Both the position numbers and the translations under genes were made by a program. Below the pieces are notes generated by a model. It was not told the origin of the DNA, ran no database searches, and worked only from the letters and a program-made list of their open reading frames with translations. 64,000 nucleotides of DNA from Nitrososphaeria archaeon (GTDB lineage Archaea > Thermoproteota > Nitrososphaeria > Nitrososphaerales > JAAOZN01). Below are positions 35,118 to 44,329 of the stretch, in pieces (position 1 is the first letter of the stretch; each line of letters begins with the position of its first letter). Location of the stretch: assembly GCA_029775855.1 (NCBI GenBank), contig JARVJZ010000003.1:32001-96000 (forward strand), in the 5' to 3' direction.

Positions 35118-36623
35118 TTGGTCAAAAAAGCTTTGGATGACGATGCTATAGTCTACCAAGAGGTCCGTGTCTCAAGGAGAGACGGCATCAAGTACATCTT
35201 AGATGGAAATGAGGTAGACATCTGGGCACCAGAGTTTCGCAACTATCATTCTAAAACGCCAGTAGACTACATAAGAGACGCAATATTGGATATTGAAAAG
35301 AAGAACGGAGACCCTTTTCCAGACATCGTAGGTAAAGAAAAGGAAAAGGAATTAGTCAAGACCGCCCTATTCTCAGGCTCACCTATTCTATTCAGAGGTG
35401 AAAGGGGGTACGGTAAAACAACCTTCTCAAAAGCCATAGCAAAACTCCTACCGGAAAAGATTCTTGCGATTAAAGGGTGCAAGATACACGACGACCCAAC
35501 AGCACCTATCTGTTTCTCATGCAAATCAAAGATACTTTCAGATGAAACAATAGAATTAACTTGGGTTCCCAGAATCTGGGTAAGAATACCTGGAGATCCT
35601 ATGCTTACAACAAGGCAGCTCATTGGTGGCATATCGATACAAAAGATACGCGAAGGCTACGATCTAGATCATCCAGAAGTATTTATGCCTGGAAGAGCAT
35701 TGAAGGCTAATCGAGGAATAGGCTACTTTGATGAATTAGGAGCTGTGCCTACGGCCCTTCAGACGCTGCTCCATGAACTTTTCGAGGAGCGTCAAGTCTC
35801 AACAAGTGAAGGAGAGATTGTGCCTTTTAGAATTAATACAATTGAGGTTGCTTCAACAAATCCAGCCAATTATCGTGGTACATCGCCTATTAAGGAGCCG
35901 CTTCTGGATCGGATGGAAGTCATAGAAATAGGTCCTCCCGCGACGATTGAAGAGGAGATTGAAATAGCGCGTAGAAACTGCTTTATTGGGTGTAAGGAGC
36001 AGCCGCCGGTCATTTTACCCGATTGGCATATGAGACTTATGGCGTATACGGTCACTCTCGGTCGAAATCCGAAGGAGAGTGACACAGCTAAGAAGCTTCA
36101 GGTACCTCCTTCGTGTAGAGCGACGATAAAGCTCTTTGACCATCTAGCTTCTCGAGTAATACTAAGCGGTGGGCGTGTGCCTCTGCTCAAAAATTACGGT
36201 GACGATCTTGAGGTGGTTGTGCTAGCTTTGGCTGGTAGAATAGAGTTGGAGTACGGTGTTAAAGAGAGTAAGGCTGAGGTGTCGAAGATGCTTTTCAAAG
36301 AAGGTCTACTTAAAGTAGCTAAAGAGGTTTATCAAAGGATACCTGAAGATAGTTTTAACGATATAATCTCAGAGCTTATGAATGTAGGTGTAGCAAAAGG
36401 AGGGGTCAGTAGCATAGTAATTAATCCGTCTGTGGTTAAAGATCTGAGGGATCTTAAACATTTCTCTTCAGTTGTTTATGATTTATGCGGCGGCTACACT
36501 GAGGATGATGACCTCTTTCTCTCCTCTGCAGAGATACTTCTGTATTCGCTATCTATGTGTGTGCCAAGGTATGTGGTAAAGAGCCGTAATGAGTTTATCA
36601 TAAAGAAGGTTGAAGATAAATGA
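35118..36623 (+). CDS. ChlI/MoxR-like AAA+ ATPase
   Basis: GERGYGKT Walker A, KANRGIGYFDEL Walker B, ASTNP and EPLLDR. Confidence 0.85.
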   Translation: MVKKALDDDAIVYQEVRVSRRDGIKYILDGNEVDIWAPEFRNYHSKTPVDYIRDAILDIEKKNGDPFPDIVGKEKEKELVKTALFSGSPILFRGERGYGKTTFSKAIAKLLPEKILAIKGCKIHDDPTAPICFSCKSKILSDETIELTWVPRIWVRIPGDPMLTTRQLIGGISIQKIREGYDLDHPEVFMPGRALKANRGIGYFDELGAVPTALQTLLHELFEERQVSTSEGEIVPFRINTIEVASTNPANYRGTSPIKEPLLDRMEVIEIGPPATIEEEIEIARRNCFIGCKEQPPVILPDWHMRLMAYTVTLGRNPKESDTAKKLQVPPSCRATIKLFDHLASRVILSGGRVPLLKNYGDDLEVVVLALAGRIELEYGVKESKAEVSKMLFKEGLLKVAKEVYQRIPEDSFNDIISELMNVGVAKGGVSSIVINPSVVKDLRDLKHFSSVVYDLCGGYTEDDDLFLSSAEILLYSLSMCVPRYVVKSRNEFIIKKVEDK

Positions 36624-37891
36624 AACCAAAGTGTGAATTATGTGATAAAGAAGCGATAGAGAATTCCTTATCTCTATTCGGCAAGCAGTTTATCGAAGAC
36701 CTTGCATACGAGATCTTTAACCCAAATTTAGAAAAGAAGGAAGAACGCCTAGATGTTAAAGGGATCATAGAGCGGTATATGGCTGAGGATTATGACGAAG
36801 AACTCTATGAGATGCTGCTTGATATGCTACGCGAAGGCAGAAGCGATATTTTATATGGTGAAGACCTAAGAAATAAATTAAAATTAGATGCTAGTAGGAA
36901 AAAAGCGTGGCAAGAAATAATTTCAAAGATCAAAAGTGGTGAATTAGCAGCAGACAGTTTAACACCTACGCAAGTCCTTGAATACTTCCCAGAAGAAGCC
37001 TTAGAAGGGTTGATCAAAGAGGGGCTGATAGATGAGAGCATAAGAAGAAACATCAAATATCCACGAAGTGCTCTCTCATTCTCCAATTTTACAGTAGAGG
37101 GAGAAAAGATCATAGCCCAGCGTCTATTAGAAGAGGTATTCAAAAACATTAAGAAGAGTGGATTTGGTATCCACACTACAGAAGAAGAAGGTTTTGGGGT
37201 AGAGTCAACAAGCACTTTAAGAGATTTCGATGACTACACACATAGCTACGATCTCATAGATTGGCAAGAGACCTTACTTAATACTGTGTCAAGGGATGCC
37301 AAAGGGATGAATATAAGAAATTCAGACATTAAAGTTAGAGCGCCGAAGCATAGGTCAAGGTGTGCAAATGTCATACTTGTAGACATCTCAAATTCGATGT
37401 ATGGAAACAAGTTTAAAGGAGGCATAATGGCAGCCCTAGCCTTAGAACAGCTTTTCCAAGAAGAATATAAGGAAGACACACTACATATTCTCGCCTATAA
37501 CGAAGATGTAAACTTAGTGCCTGTTGGAAATCTTCTAAAACTTAGACCGTACGGGTTTACAGATATTGGATGTGCAATAGATGCGGCTGTAAAGATACTG
37601 GAAAAGGAAGAGGGCGAAAAGAACATCTTCCTAATTACTGACAGCGAGCCTACAGCTTCCAACAGAAGAGAATATTCGCCGATTGAAAACGCCTTCAGAG
37701 CTGCATATATGGCTGGCAAAGCTGAAGTAAAACTTAACATCATCATGCTCGATAGAAAGCCTATACTACGAACAATATGTGATAAGATAGCAACTCTTAA
37801 CGGTCAAGCTTCAGTAGCCTATGTCGATAACCCGCTTAACCTCAAAGAATTCGTTATAAAGACAATTATAACCAGAAAAACCTTGGTATAA
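36620..37891 (+). CDS. vWA-domain protein (MIDAS), partner of the AAA+ ATPase
   Basis: LVDISNSM, GFTDIG and LITDSEPTA; ATGA overlap with the upstream gene. Confidence 0.85.
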   Translation: MKPKCELCDKEAIENSLSLFGKQFIEDLAYEIFNPNLEKKEERLDVKGIIERYMAEDYDEELYEMLLDMLREGRSDILYGEDLRNKLKLDASRKKAWQEIISKIKSGELAADSLTPTQVLEYFPEEALEGLIKEGLIDESIRRNIKYPRSALSFSNFTVEGEKIIAQRLLEEVFKNIKKSGFGIHTTEEEGFGVESTSTLRDFDDYTHSYDLIDWQETLLNTVSRDAKGMNIRNSDIKVRAPKHRSRCANVILVDISNSMYGNKFKGGIMAALALEQLFQEEYKEDTLHILAYNEDVNLVPVGNLLKLRPYGFTDIGCAIDAAVKILEKEEGEKNIFLITDSEPTASNRREYSPIENAFRAAYMAGKAEVKLNIIMLDRKPILRTICDKIATLNGQASVAYVDNPLNLKEFVIKTIITRKTLV

Positions 37892-37983
37892 TCCTCCAAG
37901 TCACCGACTGGGGCCAGCTAACCTACAGCCCCTTCACTCACCTTTTTATCAAGTTTACACCAATGTTTCTTTGTATTTTTAAT

Positions 37984-38166
37984 CTCAAAAAGAGAATTGA
38001 AAGCAAAATTGATAATACGCGCTTACGCCGGTTGGCTTCCTCAGCGGAAATATGAGTCTTCTCCAACTACTCCAGTTGTCGACAACCTGCCAATAGTAGT
38101 CTGAGCCAGCTGTTTTAACTGTAAAGGTGATGTTTTTGCCGCTGTTTGCACCATACCACCAGATGC
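37984..38166 (-). pseudogene. start-less fragment resembling a Trp-rich carbohydrate-binding beta-sandwich
   Basis: frame reads CIWWYGANSGKNITFTVKTAGSDYYWQVVDNWSSWRRLIFPL. Confidence 0.35.
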
Positions 38167-38228
38167 AACTTTCTCCTAAGAATCAAGCGACTCAAAGCCT
38201 CCTTAACATCGGTGTATCCAGCTTTATC

Positions 38229-38301
38229 CTCTAACAGCTAGGAGGAAATCACATTTCCTCATTGTGTCTTAAGAGACACCACCAAATTTTTGGTAGCAGA
38301 G
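38229..38301. repeat. three tandem inverted repeats within a closing stem
   Basis: GAGGAAAT/ATTTCCTC, GTGTCT/AGACAC and CCAA/TTGG, enclosed by CTCT..GCTA/TAGCAGAG. Confidence 0.55.
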
Positions 38302-38367
38302 TCAGGGTAGATCAAACCGAACTGCAAATAACCGACTTGTAAACACCTAGTGTATAAACATAAAAAC

Positions 38368-39687
38368 CTAACCACTAACTCGCTTGTCTATCACCCTTTT
38401 TGCCTTACCTACCTCTACTCTTGGCAGCTGACCAGGATCAACGACCTCGATATTAGGGGTAAAGAGTAAGAGCTCTCTCAGTTCATCTCTTAAAGTTTGT
38501 GATAAAACCTTCTTCTTCTCCTCTTCATTAATAATAGTTTTGGTTTCAATGTATATAGTAAGCCTATCTACTTCTGAAACTCTATCAACTATAATCTGGT
38601 ATTCTGGACCAACTTCAGGGTGTTTCAACAGAGCTTCCTCTATTAGAGATGGCCAGAAGTTTACACCACTCACCTTGATCATATCGTCAGTTCTACCTTG
38701 TATACGTCCTATACGGCGAAGCGTTCGACCACAGTCGCAGTTCTCCGAAGCATAGAGGAATGAGACATCCCTTGTGCGATATCTTAACAGCGGCATAGCC
38801 TCTTTACAGAGCGTTGTAAACACAAGCTCACCCTTCTCTTCAAGCTCACAATGTTCCCCACTATTAGGATCTACAACCTCTACTATGTAATGATCTTCCC
38901 ATACGTGAAGCCCATCATGGAATTGGCAGTCAGCAGCAACGCCTGGACCACCATTAAGCTCAGTTAGGCCATACGCATCATACGCATCCATATTCCAAGT
39001 TTCACATACTCTTTTCCACATCTGCTGGCTCCAAGCCTCTGAGCCTAAAAGGCCTTTTCTAACGGACGTGTTAGATATTGGGTCAATGTTCATTTCTTTT
39101 GCGATTTCTGCAAGCCTGAGCATATAGCTTGTTATAGCGCATACGGTTGTTGTACCAAAGTCTATCATGTACTGAAGCTGCCTTCTACTATATCCAGCCG
39201 AAGCTGGTACAATCGTTGCACCAACCCTCCTCGCACCGTGGTAGAAGGCAAACCCTCCAGAAAACATTCCTAGGCTTGCTGTTATCTGCACTACATCTGA
39301 CTTGCCCACACCAGCCATCTTAAACGCTCTGCCAACAAGATCACCCCAATTCTTAAGATCATTCTCCGTATAGTATCCTAATGTAGGTGTACCGGTTGTT
39401 CCAGAGGATGCGTGTATCTCAACTATTTCACTCAATGGAACGGCTGAGAGCTTAAAGGGGTAATTGTTTCTCAGATCATTTTTAGTTGTAAAAGGTAATT
39501 TACGCACATCCTCTATTGAACGTATATCATCTGGTGAAACGTTAAGTTCTTTCATTTTACTATAGTAAAACGGCACGCATTCATATACTCGGTGGACAAC
39601 CTCCTTAAGTCGCTTTAGCTGTATCTCGCGTAACTCCGTTCTTCTCATTTTTTCAAACATCGGTTCAAGGATGCGTTCTTCGCCCAA
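38368..39687 (-). CDS. paaK: phenylacetate-CoA ligase family acyl-CoA synthetase
   Basis: HASSGTTGTP, YGLTE, EAMPLLRYRTRD and GRTDDM..VSGVN. Confidence 0.88.
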   Translation of the reverse strand: MGEERILEPMFEKMRRTELREIQLKRLKEVVHRVYECVPFYYSKMKELNVSPDDIRSIEDVRKLPFTTKNDLRNNYPFKLSAVPLSEIVEIHASSGTTGTPTLGYYTENDLKNWGDLVGRAFKMAGVGKSDVVQITASLGMFSGGFAFYHGARRVGATIVPASAGYSRRQLQYMIDFGTTTVCAITSYMLRLAEIAKEMNIDPISNTSVRKGLLGSEAWSQQMWKRVCETWNMDAYDAYGLTELNGGPGVAADCQFHDGLHVWEDHYIVEVVDPNSGEHCELEEKGELVFTTLCKEAMPLLRYRTRDVSFLYASENCDCGRTLRRIGRIQGRTDDMIKVSGVNFWPSLIEEALLKHPEVGPEYQIIVDRVSEVDRLTIYIETKTIINEEEKKKVLSQTLRDELRELLLFTPNIEVVDPGQLPRVEVGKAKRVIDKRVSG

Positions 39688-39697
39688 GACGAACCCC

Positions 39698-40843
39698 CTA
39701 GTAAGATCGTGGTAACCCTAATATATGTTCACCGATGAGAGCTAAAGTTAATTCTTGTGATATTGGTCCCAGTTTAAGCTGCCTTAGGTCTCTCCAATGT
39801 CTCTCTACATCGAAGCTTCGTAAGTAGCCATATCCACCATGGACCTGAATAGCTACATCTGCTGCATAGAGAGATGCTTCAACAGCTGTATACTTGGCTA
39901 TCGTAGCTTCTTTCCAATATTGCTGGTGTTGATCACACAATGAAGCTGCTTGGAAGGTGACAGCTCTAGCGGCTTCAAGTTGAGAATAAGCTTCTGCCAG
40001 CTGAAACTGTATTCCTTGATTCATGCCGATAGGTCTGCCGAAGACTATTCTTTTCTTAGCGTACTCAACAGCTTTGTTAAGCGTTAACATACCTGTACCT
40101 ATAGCCATAGCTGCAACAGCAACTCTATCAATATTATATACGTCAAGAAGAAGAGGCCACCCCTCATTTAAACCTCCAAGCATCATCTTTTCAGATACAA
40201 TAAGATTTTCGACAGTTACTTCACAAGTTTCAAAATAGTTCATGCCCATTTTACTCATAGGTGTATGACGGACAGTCTGATCCCTAGAATTCACCAAAAA
40301 TATTGTAAGCCCGTAACTCTTTTTAGGCGCTACGCTTATTGGGCAAGTTCTTGTAACAAGTATAAGTAAGTCAGCTATACGACTATTATTCACAAAAATT
40401 TTTCTGCCATTGATTAAGTATGTACCATCAACCTTTGTTGCAGTGGTCTTAATATCTAATGCATCAGATCCAGCCTCAGGCTCGGTATGCGCTAACGCAA
40501 GCTTAAGTTTGCCTTCTACAAGTTTAGGCAAAAGTTCCCTTTTAATTTCTTCTTTAGCACCCTTTAGCACCATCAATGAACCTAAAGCGTTTGTGAGAAG
40601 GATATAGGATGCCATTCCCGCACCATTCTTAGCTATTTCCTCTAATATTGTGATAAGTTCTGTAACACCTAGTCCAAGACCACCGTATTCCTTGGGTATT
40701 ACCGCGCCAAACCATCTCCCTTCAGATAGCTTTGCCCAGAATTCTTCTGGGAAAGAGTGAGTTTCACTCTTATTACGCCAATAACTGTCCGTGAATTCTC
40801 TCATGAGCTCACAAATATTTGATTTTACTATCTCAATAGACAT
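39698..40843 (-). CDS. acyl-CoA dehydrogenase
   Basis: TEPEAGSD, NGRKIF, RIVFGRPIG.NQ and QVHGGYGY...VERHWRD. Confidence 0.92.
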   Translation of the reverse strand: MSIEIVKSNICELMREFTDSYWRNKSETHSFPEEFWAKLSEGRWFGAVIPKEYGGLGLGVTELITILEEIAKNGAGMASYILLTNALGSLMVLKGAKEEIKRELLPKLVEGKLKLALAHTEPEAGSDALDIKTTATKVDGTYLINGRKIFVNNSRIADLLILVTRTCPISVAPKKSYGLTIFLVNSRDQTVRHTPMSKMGMNYFETCEVTVENLIVSEKMMLGGLNEGWPLLLDVYNIDRVAVAAMAIGTGMLTLNKAVEYAKKRIVFGRPIGMNQGIQFQLAEAYSQLEAARAVTFQAASLCDQHQQYWKEATIAKYTAVEASLYAADVAIQVHGGYGYLRSFDVERHWRDLRQLKLGPISQELTLALIGEHILGLPRSY

Positions 40844-40873
40844 AAAGGACCCCTTCTAAAGCATCCCCTATTT

Positions 40874-41875
40874 TTAGCCAATGAACTTAATGTTAAGTAA
40901 GGAGGGTATCTGTAAGCCCACGCCTTTCTGCAGCGCGTATTCGTAGGCTTTCACAGCAGTTACCAAATCTAATAACGCAAAACCTACACACTTGAATAAA
41001 GTTATGTCTTCTTCGTTTTTTCTACCCTGCTTCCGACCAGAAACGACTTCTTCGAGTTCAAGTACACCGCTACTTGCTATAACACCTTGCTTTAGAGCGT
41101 TAATTATGTCACCAGCTTCGTTAAATACGCTTTCTTTTTTATCTACTACGATTACATTCGCTTTTTTTATTATAGAAAGATCTAGCTCTCTCCTATCTGG
41201 CAATGTACCTATACTGTTTATATGCACACCTTTATCTAACCATTCGCCAAAAATGACTGGTATAGATGAGTTTGTAGCCGTGATTACCATATCTACATCT
41301 TTAACAGCTTCTTGAGCTGAGTCAACAGCTTTGACATCAATTAGAAGTTCATTTGACATTCTCTTAGCGAATTCTTCCCTATGTTGTCTAGTTGGACTGT
41401 AAACCTTCACCTTTTTCACTTTACGTACTGTGCAAACTGCTTGAAGCTGACTTCTAGCTTGCAGGCCAGAGCCTAATAGGCCAACGTTACTACTATCTTT
41501 ACGTGCCAGATATTTTGCAGCAACACCACAGAGAGCACCGGTTCGCAGCATAGTTATAATTGTAGCATCCATAATTGCAAGCAGCTGACCATTCACCGGG
41601 TTATGTAAAATTACTTCACCAGCTTGTTTCGGAAGGTTATATCGTACAGGATTATATGCATGTTCTGACACTATTTTTATTGCAAGTGTGTTTAGTGAAG
41701 GTACGTAAGCTGGCATAAAGAGCCATACGGTCTTATCTTCTGGTAATTGTAATACAGACCTCAATGGGTTCCATATATTAGCTTGAGGGGCTTTAAAGAG
41801 TTCTTCTAAAACTTCAATGCACTCATTCATATTTAAAACTGATTCAATATGTTGATAGGTTAGAAGTAGCGGCAT
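40874..41875 (-). CDS. ornithine cyclodeaminase/mu-crystallin family oxidoreductase
   Basis: FMPAY, ITMLRTGA, LGSGLQA, HINSIG and LFKCVGFALLD. Confidence 0.9.
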   Translation of the reverse strand: MPLLLTYQHIESVLNMNECIEVLEELFKAPQANIWNPLRSVLQLPEDKTVWLFMPAYVPSLNTLAIKIVSEHAYNPVRYNLPKQAGEVILHNPVNGQLLAIMDATIITMLRTGALCGVAAKYLARKDSSNVGLLGSGLQARSQLQAVCTVRKVKKVKVYSPTRQHREEFAKRMSNELLIDVKAVDSAQEAVKDVDMVITATNSSIPVIFGEWLDKGVHINSIGTLPDRRELDLSIIKKANVIVVDKKESVFNEAGDIINALKQGVIASSGVLELEEVVSGRKQGRKNEEDITLFKCVGFALLDLVTAVKAYEYALQKGVGLQIPSLLNIKFIG

Positions 41876-42045
41876 AACACTTTTTTTGCTACTGTTGTAT
41901 TTAAGCTTATTTAGAAGTTACGAGTAAGATCGTATGATTTTGTCTCTAGTTATGGTGTGAAGAATTACAATCGAAAAATGTTGCACAGATTTTGGTGAAT
42001 CATGTTATTATATCATAAAAGTTAAATATTAAAACCTAAAAGAAG

Positions 42046-42837
42046 ATGGAGGTAATGAGCAAAACCCTAATTGAAGTTCGAAATCTAACTAAATTATACA
42101 ACGGCGGTTTAGGGAAACCAATAACCGCATTGCAAGACGTCAATTTTAGCGTGGCTAAGGAGGAGTTTTTTACTATAATAGGTCCTTCTGGTTGTGGAAA
42201 GTCAACATTGTTGAATTTGATAGCCGGTCTGGATAAACCCTCTTCAGGAGAGGTATTAGTGAACGGTGTAAAAATCAATAAACCAAATCCGCAGCTTATG
42301 GCTATAATGTTTCAAGAACACGCGCTTTACAATTGGAGAACAGTGCTACGTAACGTAGAATTTGGTTTGGAGATACGCGGTGTAAGTAAAGCTGAGCGTA
42401 GGACCAAAGCGCTCCATTATATTAGATTAGTTGGGTTGCAGGGATTTGAAGATAAATACCCTAATCAGCTTTCAGGAGGGATGAAGCAGAGAGCTGCATT
42501 AGCGAGGGCTTTAAGTCTTGAAACTGACATTCTTTTAATGGATGAACCTTTTGGCGCGTTAGATGAGCAGACTCGGCTTCTACTCGGTCTAGAACTTACA
42601 AGGATATGGCAAGAAACAAAGAAAACTATTATATTCGTTACACACAGTTTATCTGAAGCTGCCTTCCTTTCAGATAGAATACTTGTTATGTCGGCTCGGC
42701 CAGGTAGGGTCAAAAGAATTTACAATGTAGATATTAGAAGGCCGCGAGACCCGAACAGCGATGAAGTTAATCACATTAAGGCGTTGATCTGGAATGAAAT
42801 TAAGGATGAAGCTTTAAGTATGATGAAGGGAGGTTGA
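42046..42837 (+). CDS. NitT/TauT-family ABC transporter ATP-binding protein
   Basis: GPSGCGKS, LSGGMKQR, LMDEPFGALD and FVTH. Confidence 0.93.
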   Translation: MEVMSKTLIEVRNLTKLYNGGLGKPITALQDVNFSVAKEEFFTIIGPSGCGKSTLLNLIAGLDKPSSGEVLVNGVKINKPNPQLMAIMFQEHALYNWRTVLRNVEFGLEIRGVSKAERRTKALHYIRLVGLQGFEDKYPNQLSGGMKQRAALARALSLETDILLMDEPFGALDEQTRLLLGLELTRIWQETKKTIIFVTHSLSEAAFLSDRILVMSARPGRVKRIYNVDIRRPRDPNSDEVNHIKALIWNEIKDEALSMMKGG

Positions 42838-42842
42838 ATTAG

Positions 42843-43589
42843 TTGCGATTTAAATTTAAAGTGTTAATCTTCCAGTTTTTTATACTATTTTTGATTATAT
42901 TAGTATGGGAACTGACGTCTGCCAACGTTTCTATCATCTTTCTGGCTCCTCCTACCCAAGTCTTTCCCTTATTATTTAATATCTGGTATTATGCTGATAT
43001 TCTGCCGCATATCTCGATTACTGGGTTTGAGATTCTTGTATCCTTCGGTTTAGCTACATCTACAGGCTTGTCAGTTGGCTTTATGCTAGGGACGTGGAAG
43101 CTTCTAAGAACTACTTACGAACCTCTACTTGCTGCTCTTTATGCTGTTCCTAGTGTAGTCTGGTATCCCCTGCTACTACTATTCTTAGGGCTTGATGTAG
43201 CTTCAAAAATAGCCTTTGCTTACATTTTATCCTTCTTCCCTATAGTTCTGAGTACAATACAGGGTGTTTCTCAAGTTGATGTTGTGTTGGTAAAAGCCGC
43301 ATATTCGATGGGGGCCAGCAAATTAACAACTTTTTACAAAGTTATCATACCTGCAGCTTTACCAATAATCTTAAGTGGTATTAGCACGGGTTTAGCACTT
43401 TGCGTAACGGGAGTAATTGTTGGAGAGATGCTTGGTGGAATAAGAGGGTTAGGAGTATTAATAGCTTCGGCTGCTACACGCTTTGAAACGGCGCGCTATT
43501 TTGTCCTCACGATACTCGTCATAATAATAGCGTTTGCAGTAAACTATTGTGGTAAGATCATAGAACGCTTAGGTGGTAGAGGAGCTTGA
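42843..43589 (+). CDS. NitT/TauT-family ABC permease
   Basis: KAAYSMGAS..KVIIPAALP EAA loop; GEM..GLG. Confidence 0.9.
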   Translation: MRFKFKVLIFQFFILFLIILVWELTSANVSIIFLAPPTQVFPLLFNIWYYADILPHISITGFEILVSFGLATSTGLSVGFMLGTWKLLRTTYEPLLAALYAVPSVVWYPLLLLFLGLDVASKIAFAYILSFFPIVLSTIQGVSQVDVVLVKAAYSMGASKLTTFYKVIIPAALPIILSGISTGLALCVTGVIVGEMLGGIRGLGVLIASAATRFETARYFVLTILVIIIAFAVNYCGKIIERLGGRGA

Positions 43590-44329
43590 GAAAGATCGCT
43601 GTCTTTCTACAGATTGGTACTATTGCTGCTGTAATTGTTATATGGGAAGAAATAGTGGTGAAAGGCTTTGTCGACCCTCTTTTTCTGCCTCCCCCTTCTC
43701 AGGTTCTCTATTCTTTTGCAACTTTACCTGCTTTAATTGGGCTACCTTTTTATGAGACTCTCACTAAAACCTTGCTCTCATTCGCTGTGGGCTCTGGACT
43801 GGGTATCGCATTAGGAATTTTAATAGGAAGCGGTATCTTTCTACACGACGTGCTTTACCCCTATATCTTTGGTTTGTACTCAATACCTCGAATGATCTTT
43901 CTACCATTAATAGTTCTCTTCTTAGGGATAGGCTTCAATTCAACACTATTTTACGCTGTGTTACACACCGTTCTACCAGTAATAATAATTGTTATAGGTG
44001 GCGTTAGGGCAGTAGACAAGCGTCTCATTTTGTACGCTGTATCTGTTGGTGCGACTTTAACGCAAATTTACACAAAAGTAATAATACCAGCAGCACTCCC
44101 TTCTATAATAGCGGCGCTTAGATTAGGGATAATCTTTAGTCTACTAGGCGTGTTAATTGCTGAAATGTATTTATCCCTTAGTGGTATTGGTTTCCTAATG
44201 CAGAAGTTATCTTTTGCTTTTAGGTCCGCTGATCTCTTCGCTGTTACGATTTGTGTAGCGGTAATCGCGATAGTCATATCCGTTTTATTAGGGGAGTTTC
44301 AGAAAAAAATTGGGGAGCGGCAAATTTAA
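43586..44329 (+). CDS. second NitT/TauT-family ABC permease
   Basis: YAVSVGAT..KVIIPAALP; AEM..GIG. Confidence 0.9.
   Translation: MRKIAVFLQIGTIAAVIVIWEEIVVKGFVDPLFLPPPSQVLYSFATLPALIGLPFYETLTKTLLSFAVGSGLGIALGILIGSGIFLHDVLYPYIFGLYSIPRMIFLPLIVLFLGIGFNSTLFYAVLHTVLPVIIIVIGGVRAVDKRLILYAVSVGATLTQIYTKVIIPAALPSIIAALRLGIIFSLLGVLIAEMYLSLSGIGFLMQKLSFAFRSADLFAVTICVAVIAIVISVLLGEFQKKIGERQI

Noticed and set aside
37892-37940. attL copy of the tRNA-Thr 3' end at the island's left edge
   Set aside because: Only a short GGGGC/GCCCC hairpin is present; there is no convincing direct repeat of the tRNA.
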